DNA of 64,000 nucleotides from Rhina ancylostomus (GCA_030265395.1 JARFYF010000007.1:54295259-54359258); one strand, 5' to 3'; shown: positions 11,956-25,539, counted from the first letter of the stretch. Numbers and translations are program-made. The notes: generated by a model not told the origin, from the sequence alone.

Positions 11956-13384
11956 CACAAAATTCCTGTCAATGTTTAAAAACAGACACTTCTCTTTGAG
12001 GTAAAATATGTTTACTAAATGTTCTGGCTGCCATTGGATTTAGTGCTGAAGCACGTATGGGCATAATAATGCATACCTTCTGCAAACATTTTCAAACAGT
12101 AATCACAATGATGCCAATATTTACACAGACTTAATTTCCTTTGTCCTTTGGTGCAGAATAAATCAACCAGTTTTATGCTTCACTCTTGTTCATCGAAGGG
12201 TTATTGTCATTGGTAATGTTCTTCAACATTTTTTACACATAAAATTGTTCAATTCTAACAAGCAAAATTGAGGAGAATTAAGGATTTTTTAAAATCGATT
12301 TCAAAAATACTGATTGCAGTGACAACCCATCAAACGTGGAGAAAGGAAAACATTTGAACTATCTGTTAGTCTGCTAGAAAACACGGTCTGCCAACAACAG
12401 CCGCTGGCCTTTAGTAGCACATTTACTCACAATGTTTCAAAATACAGGAAACCAATTGAATGCAGTAATTTCCACATTGATTGACAGATCAGCCAAACCA
12501 CTCATGAGATTCACACTTACTACGAGTAATGGTGTTTTCCTTATACTGTAAGCCAATTGACTAAAATCTGGATTTAGCTCTATTGTCCTAATTTGAATTT
12601 TTCCACTGCTTTCATGTCTACTCAGTAGTGGAGTGATCAGAGTGTGGGTGGGCTAACATCACACCAAACTCTGCCATAAAGACAATTTTCCTTCCAGTAT
12701 GAAATGATCCCAATCGCAATCCTTAGCACTGGCCAAAGAGCAACAGAATACAGACTAATATTACATTGTACCAGATTACAAAGATGCTGTGTTGTTTATA
12801 AAATAATACAGTGAATAAGCAGATCCTGAGACTGTTGTGCCACAGTGAGCACTTTGAAGGAGTTTTCCCAATTAGTCACATTCCCCCCTGCAAATATTTT
12901 CATCACGCATGTGTACAATTCCCTTTATAGGATCTGTTTTCTTTACCTTTTGTTGGAAACTGGGGCTGGACAATAAATGTGAGAGTGAAAGTTTACATCC
13001 TTTGCTATGTACTAAGATCTGCCAGCAACAGCTACCATAAACGAGGGAAACAATGAATTAGTTGCTAAGAGGGAGGTCAGAAGCACTGACAAGCTGTCAC
13101 TTATGAACTCCAGTTTTTCTGGTAGTGACAATAAAATTCAAATAAGACAAAGGAGAAATCTCTCTCCTTCCTACAGCTGGTGCCAAGCAATTGCTCCTTG
13201 AGTAACTGCAGTTATTATAACATCAAGAATTTTTTTGTGCTAAATACTGAACTTGGAGTCATATTGGTGTCTCATAGCGTTCTTGCAATGATTTTGGTAA
13301 AAGTGACTAGAAAAACATGCAGTTTTCTTGACAAAAAATAAATAGATCAGTTAAATTAACTTAACTCAGTAAGCATTTGGGACA

Positions 13385-13448
13385 TATAGGATTTCAAGTG
13401 ATTGCTGTTAGAATATATAGGATTTCAAGTGACTGTTGTTAGAACATA
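13385..13448. repeat. 31-bp tandem duplication
   Basis: ATAGGATTTCAAGTGA(T/C)TG(C/T)TGTTAGAA occurs twice. Confidence 0.85.
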
Positions 13449-13649
13449 GGTCCCATATCTTAAGAGTTTTTTTCTCTAAAGGACATTTATACAACTTTCC
13501 TAACTCTGGCATAATTTTTTTGTCGCAATTGCAGCTTGATATGATGGAAAGGACTTTGCATTCTTATGGCTTAAAGAGCCAAGTTGATTATATCTAACTA
13601 TCCGCTCTCTAGATACTCTGCTGTCTGGTTATTTGGAAATCCTGATGGT

Positions 13650-13897
13650 TTGGCATCTGGCTCACTGCTAGTCACCAGTCTCCATTCTACCATCTTCAAC
13701 CACCACCCTCTGCTTCCTACCTCTGGGCCAATTTTGAATCCACCTAACTAGCTCTCCCTAGATACGATGGGACTGAACCTTCCACACCAGTTTGTTGTGT
13801 GGGACCTTGTTGAAGGCTTTGCCAAAGTCCAAATAGACAACATCCACTGCCCTACCCTCATCTACCCCTTTGGTTACCTCTTCAAAGAGCTCTAGTT
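13650..13897 (-). mobile_element. CR1 RT internal fragment
   Basis: Minus strand: LELFEEVTKGVDEGRAVDVVYLDFGKAFNKVPHNKLVWKV. Confidence 0.88.
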
Positions 13898-14602
13898 GTG
13901 CTTCTTAAGTGCACTTTTCCATGGGAAGTTTTATGCTGAACTGAAATGGCATGGGAATTTAAGCATGTCTGCCTGAGAAAAGCTGGGACATTGTATAATG
14001 TCTTTGCTGATGGCATCAATACCAGAAACATCAAGACTCTTTTGGGGTGTTCATTACTTATTAGATATCATGGGTCCTTTCAAATTAATTAGAGCTATTA
14101 CTGGAGAAGTCTGTGCCTCTTAGCTACAGATGGTGGGTATATTCAGTTAGCTGGGGCATCTGCAGAATGCAAGTCAAGATATCAGATGTTCAGGAAAATG
14201 TAGCATTCCACAGGAAGAATGGTCACCTACTCTAACAGGATGCAGTAGTTATATAAGTAGCAGCAATTCTTGGTCCACAGTCAGAAATTGACAAAAATTT
14301 AATGTCGCAGCATGAGATATCAAGAGCTTTGTAAGTGTGAGAAGGGACAGTGGAGAAAGATAGAGATTTGACTGAGAGAGAGATCTCTTGCACATAGTCA
14401 CAGACCTCACTTCATCGGGGATTTTCCTTCCACAGCTTCCAACCCTGTAGTGCCCCAGACTTCCAATTCCACAAACAGGACTCTCTGGACAAGACCCATT
14501 GTTTCAGCCTTCACTTGCCCTGCAGAACTCATTTCTTCTGAGCTTGACTCCATTCTTTTGTCTCTGGTCCGGTTCTTTCCCACTTCCACCCATGACACAT
14601 TT

Positions 14603-14938
14603 GCGGGCAGCTTTGTGGTGCAACCAGTAGTGCTGCTGCCTCACAGCTCGAGTGATCTGGATTCAATCCTGACCTTTGCTGCTGTTTGTGTGGCGTTTGC
14701 ATGTTCTCCCGATGATCACATGGCTTTCCTCTGGGTGCTCCTGTTTTCCTTCCACTTCCCAAAGACATGTAGACTAATTGGCTAATTGTAAATTGGCCCA
14801 TGTGTGGGGCTGAGTGGTGGAATCTGGAGAGAGATAATGAGAATGTGAGGAGAATAAAATAGCATTCATGCAGGATTAGTGTAAATGGGTGCATGATGGT
14901 TGGTGTAGATTTGTTGGTGCTAAGTAACTCCATGACTT
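14603..14938 (+). mobile_element. tRNA-derived V-domain SINE (HE1-like)
   Basis: A/B-box-like head (GGATTCAATCC), then TTTGCATGTTCTCCCC...GGGTGCTCCTGTTTTCC core; homologous to 59538-59908. Confidence 0.8.
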
Positions 14939-15401
14939 CTGATACCTTCTGCCACTTTGACAGTTTCCAATACTCTCATCCCCCCTCGGCTCTTCTTTCT
15001 GACACATGGACAACTTCTCTACTCCTCCATCCTGCATTAGGAGGCTCTGAGGGCCCTCTGCTTTTTCCTAGTATGAAGGCCCAACTAGTTCCCCTGTCAA
15101 CACAATCATTTACCTGGCTGAACTCGTCCTCAGCCTGAACAACTTCACCTTCAATTCCACTCACTTTCTCATCTTAGAGGTGTTGCTATGGGCACTGGCA
15201 TGGGCCCAGGTTACAGCTGTCTTTTTGTGAAATATGTTGAAAAGTCTTTGTTTCAGTTCCATCTGGGCCACCTTTCTCAAATATTTATGCATTTCTGCTG
15301 TTTCCTGCACCCACAAAATCTTTACAAATTTCATTATTTTTGCTGATAATTTCCATTCTGCTTTCACCTTTGCATTCTTGACTCCTTTCCCTTTCTGGAC
15401 C

Positions 15402-15596
15402 TTTTATTTAAATTTATATTTTAAATTTTTTATTTAAATTTTATTTTAGTTACAGCATGGTAACAGGCCCTTCCGGCCCAACAAGTCCACACCGCCCATT
15501 TTAAGCCCCAAATTAACCTACCCGTACGTCTTTGGAATGTGGGAGGAAACTGGAACACCCGGAGGAAACCCACGCAGACACGGGAGAACGTACAAA
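15402..15596 (-). mobile_element. Young V-domain SINE, head lost in gap
   Basis: GGGAGGAAACTGGAACACCCGGAGGAAACCCACGCAGACACGGGAGAACG with CpGs retained; AT-rich tail at 15402-15448. Confidence 0.85.
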
Positions 15597-16649
15597 NNNN
15601 NNNNNNNNNNNNNNNNNNNNNNNNNNNNNNNNNNNNNNNNNNNNNNNNNNNNNNNNNNNNNNNNNNNNNNNNNNNNNNNNNNNNNNNNNNNNNNNNTTTC
15701 CTCCATTGATGAGATGAAAAAAAAAATCACATGGGTGCTTCTGAAATGGTTTCCTTCTTCCTGAACTGATGTTTACCCCTCCTACAGTAGGCAAAGCCCT
15801 TGACTTTGGCACTTCTATTTCCTACAGCTCTTCTCTCAGCTTTGCTCCTCCTGAATAGAGCAAGGACAGAGTTCCCCTTGTCCTCACCTTCCACCCCACC
15901 AGTCTCCACACTGGACACATTGTCCTTTGCAGCTCCTGCCAGTTCCACCACTGGACACATCTTCCCTCCCTTCGCCATTCAACACTTCAAAGGGACTGTT
16001 CCCTCCCTGCTCGACTCTTCCAGCCCCAATAACCACTTCCCATTCTATGATACTTTACCACACAACCACAGGAGGGCAACACCTGTCCTTTCACTCCCAT
16101 CATTCTTGCAATCCAGGGACTCAGCAGCGATTCATTTGCACTGCATTCAGTGTTCACAAGGTGACCTCCTCTACACTGGACAAACCAAACACAGATTGAG
16201 TGACCACTTTGCAGAGCACCACCTCTCACTCTGCAGGAGTAACCCTGCCACTTTAATTCTCCATCCCACCCCCACTCTGATCCATTTGTCTGTAGTCTGT
16301 TGCACTGTTATAATGAGGCCCAATGCAAGCTTGCTGAATAGCACCTCATCTTCAGCCTGACATGTTGCAGCCTTCTGGAGTCAACATCGAATTTTCCAAC
16401 TTCTGGTAAGTAATCTTCTCTGTCCATATCAGAATTGGCTCAATCTTTTTTGCTCTTCTCATTAAGACAATCTGAGCTGTCATTTCAAACTAAGATTTCT
16501 TTATCACCCTATAACTGCCCCATTTATAGCCGATCTCCGCAGCCACCAGGCCCTAACTTATCGCAGGTATTTCCTTTGTCCTATCCATCCCTCCAAGTGT
16601 TCTGCAACCTAAAGCTAACTTTTTTCTCTCTCTGTCCCAGAACTATAGT

Positions 16650-17571
16650 TGTTGTGAGAGGGGTATGTATTTGCTAAGTTTAACCATGTCTTTCCTTCGC
16701 TGATTTCTCATGGTATGTCATTTCCCAAAAGTCACTAACATTCACATCACAGCAACAAATAATTTATAAATGTCTCAAAGCCTTTGGAAATGCTAGGAGT
16801 CAGAGGTTGTGAGTTAAAACAATTAGACAAGTGCTCAAGTTATCCAAAGAGTGACTGTAATGAAAACCTCATGGTCTGCCAAGGACTATTTTGTTATACA
16901 TGTCATTTCATGTCAATGATATGGTTAACTTGCTTCAAGAACAACAAAAACTGATGAGTAGAGAAGTATTTTCTCACCTGAAGTGTAACCCCATTCCAAA
17001 AATGTAGTTGTATTGAAATTGCCTTCCCAGTTGAAGTGAAACACAACTGTAGGTGTAACATTACTGTAAGTATTTAAGTTGTATTTGACTACTTGGAATG
17101 TAATTTAAAAATTGTGACTTTGTAACAGATTAAAATTGTGTCAAACAGCCAACACAAATTTAAGACATGACAGGTCAAAGAACTGAATGTCGTGTTTATC
17201 AAAGCCAGGGAGCTGGAGAGGGTGCAAAGCCTAGAGCAAAGGGAAATCTGCAATTACAGTTGTTAATGGCTGGCAGGGTTTTACCTAAAAAAAGTAAGAC
17301 CTCTCAACCATTTAGGCATTGTGGTCAGGGAAGGGTGACATAGTTAGTTGCCAGAAACTGTGCCTCATTGGATCATCAATGGATTGATTCCCAGGATGGA
17401 TATGTGAACCCAGGGCTCAGCTTGTGGCATATTGTAGTTGAGAGAAAGAGAAGGGTATCATACATCAAGGATACATCCTTGACACATCAAGGATATTGTA
17501 ATCTCTCAACCTCCAGTAAAATAGCTTCAACACAAGAAAATATTCTTGCCCTTTGTTATTTACTAAAAACA
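16650..17571 (+). mobile_element. Solo LTR (922 bp) of the endogenous retrovirus family at 47.6-51 kb
   Basis: Termini TGTT...AACA; perfect 5-bp TSD ATAGT at 16645-16649 and 17572-17576. Colinear with 50028-51008 (e.g. ACTACTTGGA.TGTAATT.AAAA and GAGAGAAAG.GAAGGGTAT). Confidence 0.85.
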
Positions 17572-20500
17572 ATAGTTAGGACACCTGCACAACTTACAGT
17601 AATTCCATTTGTGGTCCTTTGTAAACATAGATAGCAAAGAAGATACATTTCTTACAGAAATGAAAAAATTCTGATAGTAATAATCAAATTGTGCCTTATC
17701 AAGGTGCCTTAGATGGGTAAGACTCAGTTGTAAATTGGAGCATCTGTTATTGCTTTTAGACTTTGATCTAGCTTCATTAACTGAACTCTGTTGACAGGTA
17801 TATATAGAAACTATAAAATGCAGTTCAGTTTTAAAGTAGAAGGCTAAAATATTCCCTCATGCATAAGCATCTTATCAGGCAATTCCGTTCAATTCATCTG
17901 GAATTTATTGGTTTGTACATATGTACTATGTGGTGAGAATTCAATTCCAATTATATGATACACACTTACACAATCTGATTGTTTTGCTACTTTCATGCAG
18001 TTGGGAGCTGTGGAAGTTAAAGAATTGAATGTTATGAATGCAGGCTGTAAGAAAAGAAGGCAGAGCTGGGGATGTAATAGGGAGTTGAGAGGTTAAATTC
18101 CACTGTGTTTAAGAGACTCCTCCTGGGAGAGAAATCTAGCATGTATAAGAGTAACTGTATCTTTACAAAAGGAGTGTCTCATGTGATTTGACTTTGATAC
18201 ACCGTTGTACCACACACTGCTGTTCAGTGAAGGTTACTGCCTTTAATAAAGGTTGTTCTGTAGATAACATCTCATAATTTGCCTATGCAAGCAACAGAAG
18301 TCAAAAGGACTTGCAGACTTTATAGGGAAGTTAAGGAGTGTGACACATGGAAAGAAATCCACAATATTTCAAACCAGAGACAATAAATCAAGATTTTTTT
18401 TTAAACTGAGTACTGCAAAATAAATGTCTTTTTTGATGGATGGTATAGCCACACAAAAAAGAAAAACTTACTGTGAACAATTTTTGCCTTCAAACTATCA
18501 GAGTAACAATATTATTTTGTAATTACATCACTATGAAGTGTAAGGGAAGCATTTGAGAAATAGCTATTCTGTCAAACCACAGTTCATGAAAAGTTCTAAA
18601 GGTCCTGCTGTAGTTTGTTTTGAAATCATCAGACTCTCTCACTCATCCTCCTTCAGTTTTCACTCATAAATTGACACCTACTATTGCTATCACAATGGCC
18701 TCATACCCACTCCTGTTGCCAAGAGCTATCTGCCTTACATTATCTTCAGCTGCCTCACTCTCTTCAATGATTCATAACCAGGACACACAATTTTCCACTA
18801 AGGCGCTTCTTCCTGTTGTTGAAGCGCTGTCTGATTAGTAGAAGTCTCACCCTGTTATAAAGTTAGACTCTAACGACAACCCTGGCAAAGGAAAATCACA
18901 AAGGATTGGAAATGATGAGGTGAAGTCCACCCATAGTGCATTGGCTGACCTTTTTCATTTCCTTTTTATCTTTCCACTTTCATCTCCAGGTCACACACAA
19001 AGTATGAAACCCAGGGCAACATTATGATCCCATGCCATTCCTACCTCAACCTTATTATTATATTAACTTTCTTTCCCTTGCCCTTCTTTTAAGTCAAAAT
19101 GGCTCTACAACCACTCAGTTAGGGTGGGGCAAGGGAATGATGTGAATAACTCTCTTGATGGTGAGCCTTCTATCAGCCATTGCCCTTCAGCCTTCTAAAT
19201 ACTTTGCATTATACAAATTAGGGATTAAGGATGTGCCCTGCAATGTTTCCAACTCTAAAAGCTGTATGGAAATACCTGTCTCTGAAGTACATACACATGG
19301 TGATTCAGAGAACAGGTGAGTAGCAGTGACAGCAAGTGGATTGAACAGCCATGGAAACTGTTCTATGGACCCCCCAAAGATCTAAGTTTCCAGAGCCCAT
19401 ACAGTTATAGTGACTCCAAGTTCAAGACATATACATTTTGAAAAGGAGGGTTAAACAGGGCTGTGCTGTCCATCTGCAAATGAAAGTGACCTGTTTTGGA
19501 GCAGGTCCTGGGGATCCCTTTAACTAGTTACACCATGATATCACTTGCTGCACTTCCAGAAATGTGTCTCTGCACTCATGCTCACTATATTGAGCAACTT
19601 AGTGCATATTTTACCATTTAAACTGGAAGCGGCATCAACCAAGTTCCAGGTTCAAGACTTCACATGTTATAATTCTCTCCAGCTTGTTACTGCATTTTTC
19701 TGTGACAGGAAAGAATTATGTGAGTCACACCATGGTGTATTTCACACAATTTATGTCTACACTTTGTGCTCTTTTCAATTATGAGTCTTTTGAACCTACT
19801 GTCCATAAGATCTGACAGGTGGATAAGATTGACAAAAATGCAGTCTCCTTCAGATCATAGCAATGTGACTTTAACATGAATGAAAGACCACACCTAAGCC
19901 CCCTACCCTCTCACGGACTGGTACTATATTGCAATTGCTGATTTGCTGCAAACTTAGAAGAAAGAAAAAGAGGAATTATCATTAAAAAAATGATTAAGTG
20001 TTGTGTAAGATGAAACAAAAGCAGAAAACAAGCATTTTCTATGACTAAATCAATATATTTGTACATCACTGATAAATTTATCTTTCTTGCCAGGTTCATG
20101 CTTTTAGTAATTATTTGGTAGCATCTACAGCCCGTTATCATTCATTTACTCACTTGCAAATTCTGCTTATGCAAGTATTATATAAATACAGAAACTACAA
20201 AATTTCATAATAATCATACAAGTCCTCAGGCTTCAGGAGAAAAGATAAAACTAAATAACCATCTGATATGTAGCAAATTAAAGCATTAATTCCCACAATA
20301 GATCTAACACATCATTACACACGGCTGAGAGCGAATGAAAATCTTTTAAATGTCCAGGCTTGAAATATTCAGGTACTTAAATATTCTAGACAAAACAAGA
20401 GATTCCCAGCCTTCTTGTTCATGCTGAACCGTCAACAGTATCAGTCAGCATTTCATAAGGTGTATGACAATAAACATGGAATATGAGATGAATGAAAAGA

Positions 20501-21721
20501 GGCTGGTGTTTATGAAACAAGAAATTTGGATAAATGGGCAACTGGATAAGGTTATGAAGAAGAGTGGCTCAGGAATCAATCAGGTACACTTATTTGAGGT
20601 ATTTACACATGATTTTATTNNNNNNNNNNCATAAAATTTTCATATAACAAAGTAAAAGGTTTACAAATGCTACCAAAGACGAAGACTCAGGGTTACAAAT
20701 CTCTTTGAAACATGCTAAGTACATGATATGGTAATGAACATTCATTGTACCCTGTCTGAAGTTCAATTCCACATTGTTACATTTTATTTTAAACACAAGC
20801 AACCTATGACGTGTTTTTATCTTTTAAGTGGACACAGGGGCAGGATAAGAGAATGACAGACTGGCAGTAGACGAGATAAAATAAGAGATAAGATATTTAC
20901 CAAATATGAGATTTATTAAATATAGCTTCAGCAGCTCTAACGTGAAAATACTCAGCATNNNNNNNNNNNNNNNNNNNNNNNNNNNNNNNNNNNNNNNNNN
21001 NNNNNNNNNNNNNNNNNNNNNNNNNNNNNNNNNNNNNNNNNNNNNNNNNNNNNNNNNNTAACGTGAAAATACTCAGCATCCAGACACCAAAGATAGTTCA
21101 GTGCTTGTCCAACAGCATTCATAGTCCAAAGAGGGCATACTAGTACTGTTGTCATACCCAGAGAGAATGGTGATCAACAAACTGCACAAAGTACACCAGC
21201 TCAAACAGGGTAACTGTACTCATTCACAGAGAGCACTGTGCTAAACTAACCATATTTGTACACTAGAGCAGCAACAGCACTAACTTACCAGTTGCCATAC
21301 AACAAAATACTGTGAAATAGTACATATACCCAAAAACAAAAACATTATCTCCAAAATAATCACACTCATAGAACAGTAGTAGCTTGTAAACTTCTTTGCA
21401 ATGCAAAATGCAAATTAAAATAATCTCCTACATATCCTATGTTTGCTGTAACAGTCTATAGGTTTGGGAGAGTTTAAAATGCCTTTGGTATCATTTTTGA
21501 AGCTACAATACATTTGTGACCTCTTTACAGATTATCTAAAGAGATGCAAGCTAACCTTCGGAAATCTTCCCCAAATTGATGATGAGTCCAGTTCTTGATA
21601 TGCTGACCCATACAAAATAAGGATTGGTTAAGATGTTGACCAGGACACTGCTTGAACAATTGTTAATTCTGAAAGACTGACAGACAGCTATTTCCAACTG
21701 AGCAACTAACCACTGCAGTAC

Positions 21722-21836
21722 CAGAATCAGATTTATTGTCAGTGACTTATATGTTGTGAAGTTTGTTGTTCTGCAGCAGCAATACAGAGCAAAAATGTAA
21801 AATTACTATAAATTACAAAATAAATATATAGTGCAA
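21722..21836 (-). mobile_element. Short LINE 3' tail
   Basis: AGAATCAGATTTATTGTCAGTGAC...TTTGTTGTTCTGCAGCAGCAATACAG resembles a common elasmobranch repeat end (from memory). Confidence 0.45.
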
Positions 21837-22199
21837 TGTAGTCAGTGCTTTATTCTGCTGTTTGCTGCTATAAAGCCTGAACACCAACAGTATCCTTACT
21901 GCAGGCACAGCGCTCAGCATGGGCATCCCATCAGTTTTCTGGTAGTTTCACTGGATGAGGAGGTGGAAGAAGAATTCCTGCAGGAGGAAGAGCACGAGTT
22001 TGTCGGGCTCTGTAATTTCACTGGATTGTTCCCAAAACTGCAGTTGATTTTTAATTAGACATCAACACACCAAGCACTCCCATGGCCAATGTGTTTCCAA
22101 TCCATCTGTGTCACAGTAGAGGACACAATACTCTGATTTTGTAACACAGCACAATGTTATAACTAATTTTCAGAGCAAGGCACTGAAACATTCAGAAAC

Positions 22200-22430
22200 A
22201 TTACTCTTTTCACCCCTGTTGCATTATGGCTGCAGCAGTTCCATGTACAAGGTGCACTGCAGCAACTCAGCAAGGCTTCTTAAAAATACTGTCTCCCAAG
22301 TCTGTGGCCTGCAGAAACTAGAAAGGCACAGAAATTCCTGGATGTGTAAACTCTACCCCTTTGTAGTTCTGTCCCAAGTCATCCACCCACCTCAGCTTGA
22401 CGCAGTTCTGAATTTTTTTTTAAAATCATA
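22200..22430 (+). mobile_element. LINE family B 3'-UTR fragment
   Basis: CAAGGTGCACTGCAGCAACTC...CTAGAAAGGCACAG aligns with 56350-56500 and 3190-3340. Confidence 0.5.
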
Positions 22431-22588
22431 ATCTGATTCTTTAACTATTATTTGGTCAAAACTGTGGAGTTCTCTATTTTGTTAGAGAATCTTCATCAAA
22501 AACTGGAGCAGTTTTTGAACGGCAATAAACTAGCTTTCCCAGTGNNNNNNNNNNNNNNNNNNNNNNNNNNNNNNNNNNNNNNNNNNNN

Positions 22589-22900
22589 AAACAAGGACAA
22601 CATTTACTGCCCTGGTTATGAAGAACAGTCAGATATCCCCACACTGAAGTGGCAATGAAGTGAAATGAGGCATATGTCTCTGTCAGGACTCTGGAGGAAC
22701 ATTTCATAGCAAATTAAAGAGCTGCCTGGTCAGCTGAAGTGGGGTCCAATTCAAATATTGCATAGCTATGGCATCCAGGGACTTAGAACCAGCCAAACAT
22801 GTAGCAATGCAGGCTGACAGCCTGCAGCACACAAAGGAAGAAGAGTTAGCCAAGAATGACACATTACCAGATGGAATGATGTAACAAGAACTGATTAACA
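22589..22900 (+). pseudogene. PIF/Harbinger transposase C-terminal remnant
   Basis: KQGQHLLPWL*RTVRYPHTEVAMK*NEAYVSVRTLEE...LKSCLVS*SGVQFKY follows the HARBI1-type pattern GDKGYPL.PWLMTP.RNP...YNEAH..TR..IE...LK.RFRCLD.SGG.LQY. Confidence 0.65.
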
Positions 22901-25370
22901 GGATTTTCATTTATTCTTCCAGTTCCGTCTTCTACATTCTTCAACTCTCTTCATGAACTTTTCACTTTATTGCACTAGACTCAGACTAAGATGATTGTCT
23001 GAATGCTCATCCCGTCCTGAAACATTCATGACCAATGCCTCACATTTGTTATCAATGTTGGCGTGCATATGGCCCTTTTATCAAAAGAAATCTCGGTCAA
23101 GCATTCTGAAAAAAGATGCACACAACTTACTCTCTCAGTCCACGCACAAGCTGCATTAATATTTGCATTGCATCAGCTTCCCCTCATTGAACAGTGTAAA
23201 ATGTTTGTCAGTCACTTTTTAATCTTGTGCTACCTTCCAGGAAGGATTCAAATGTGGTGTCAAATTTTCACTTCTCAACGGGAAACCTCTGAATAGTGCA
23301 TGTGACTGCTGTGTTTATGTTAGGGATTAAGAGGTTCTGCCACTACCTGCAATCATTCACTTTCTATGCTGGTTGGCTGTTCTTCTCCCTTATCTCNNNN
23401 NNNNNNCTCCTTCTCGGAGGAGTTGATCTGGCAGGAATAGATTGTCACCTCAAGACATCAGGCCCTCATTTTCTCTCTTCATGTTACAGCATAGCTGATG
23501 GAGGTTCGTTTTAAATGTGGAGAGATAGATTCTTGGCTGCCACTAATAAAGCAGCCCATTAAAAATGTCTGCTCAAGAGAACTTTGTAAAATGGAAGTGA
23601 GCACCTCAGTAAATTTGAACCCAAGCAAATGCAGCAGAAGCAGTACTGATGAGCAAAGTGGCATCGGTGTTCATACACTCTTCTTTAGGGGAGCAATCGG
23701 GAAAGGTCAGATACAGGAGTGATGGTGGAGAGAGGGGCATTATGATTACACATGGTACTATGGATTTCCCACTTACTGTGTGGAGCTCTGCCAGATCAGG
23801 TTATCGGACATATCCACATGTTTTCCAACATTCCACCAAGATTCCCAAAAGACTGCACAAGGTTTGATAGCGCAGCTCAGTGTGTATTCAGTGTAAGGAT
23901 GGAAAACATGGGCCCTATAACAGATGCCCAAGTGACCCCAACCATTTCTGCTCCTCTGCTTTCACTTTCACTTGATCCTCTTAACAAGTATCCTGCCTGG
24001 TGTTCCCATCTAACTACACCTGTTTGATTCCCCTGAGGTCGATGTGTCTATTGCTGGCGCTTGTGGAATCTGGTGTGCTTGCAATGGGCATGTTTCCTGT
24101 TCCTTTCTGCTACCAGCTTCCTCTTGTGAGACTCCTACACAAAGAGAAAGTGAACATGGGTGAGCAGAGGATATGCAGCCCATAGCTCTGCGCACATGAA
24201 TGAGACCACAATGGGAGACTGCAGCAAAACATGATTGCCTGTTAGTCACTGAGTAAGAGGTAGATGTTAGCTAGNNNNNNNNNNNNNNNNNNNNNNNNNN
24301 NNNNNNNNNNNNNNNNNNNNNNNNNNNNNNNNNNNNNNNNNNNNNNNNNNNNNNNNNNNNNNNNNNNNNNNNNNNNNNNNNNNNNNNNNNNNNNNNNNNN
24401 NNNNNNNNNNNNNNNNNNNNNNNNNNNNNNNNNNNNNNNNNNNNNNNNNNNNNNNNNNNNNNNNNNNNNNNNNNNNNNNNNNNNNNNNNNNNNNNNNNNN
24501 NNNNNNCAGCTCTGTGAATGGAAGGAAGCTTTGCCTTTCATCTGGCATTAACCCAGATATGTACCTTTACTGAGGGGGTATTGATGGAGTGTTACAGCAA
24601 GAGGGTTGGAGCCAGTGCCTTGCACTTTAGGCATGACACTGTGATAAAGTTTGAGCGCACGAAGCAGTTATTGTATAAGCCTTTCCTTTCAGTGTTTGTC
24701 CTTCATTAATCCCACCGAGGAACTCTTCTTAACTCCTGAGAATTTCAGCCCTTAAAATATTAAATTCTCTCATTCTGTTTATTACTTTTATTCTGCTTTG
24801 GAGAGGTTCCAGGTTCCCAAAAATTATCCACTTTCTTAGAGCTACCTTTCTTAACATCTCCACAGGAGATTTTTCTTTATTTCTCCAGGTGATTTTGTTT
24901 ACACACAAATCAACCAAAATCATGGGCAACACACCTTTTAGTGCTGTTGTATTTCATTTTCATGTGGCACTCCACCAATCCCAACACCCCCTTCCCCCCC
25001 ACAACAACCCCATGCACCTGTCTCTCAGGAGTGCTACAGGGGAGCTGTCAAGTAAATGACATGACCCAGCCCTCAAGGACTTCAGTTCCTGCTGGTGCAC
25101 CTAACAATCCCATTCTTTGGTTCATTTGTCAAATTAATGCTCTTGAGCCAACCAGTGCAACATGGATTCCAGCATTTATAGGGATATAATAATAGACAAG
25201 TCCATAAATATGGGTCTCTGAGAAAAATCATACTAAATTTTCTGATTCTGATTGCTGACCAGCAACCAGCNNNNNNNNNNNNNNNNNNNNNNNNNNNNNN
25301 NNNNNNNNNNNNNNNNNNNNNNNNNNNNNNNNNNNNNNNNNNNNNNNNNNNNNNNNNNNNNNNNNNNNNN

Positions 25371-25535
25371 ATGAGGTGACCAGAACTGGACACAGTACTC
25401 CAAGTGTGGTCTAACCAGAGTTTTGTAGAGCTGCATCATTACCTCACAGCTCTTAAACTCGATCCCATGACTTATGACTTTCTTAACTACCCTATCCACC
25501 TGCAAGGCAACTTTCAGTGATCTGTGGATATGAGC
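25371..25535 (-). mobile_element. CR1 fragment next to gap
   Basis: Encodes MMQLYKTLVRPHLEYCVQFWSPH. Confidence 0.9.
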
Positions 25536-25539
25536 AGCA

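Larger units (their letters stand above)
14405..16640 (+). mobile_element. Penelope-like element remnant interrupted by two SINEs and a gap
   Basis: RPIVSAFTCPAELISSELDSIL (RT N-terminus), GVAMGTGMGP at about 15180, CIQCSQGDLLYTGQTKHRLSDHFAEH (GIY-YIG-like) at about 16140-16220. Confidence 0.88.

Noticed and set aside
18029-18296. Possible solo LTR (TGTT...AACA with AATAAA)
   Set aside because: No matching TSD and no second copy in the window.
20938-21079. TAACGTGAAAATACTCAGCAT repeated across a 100-N gap
   Set aside because: Contig-overlap artefact, not a TSD or CRISPR repeat.
21890-22060. Acidic ORF DEEVEEEFLQEEEHEF
   Set aside because: Short, low-complexity, no recognisable homology; all three minus-strand frames of the exon-like segment contain stops.
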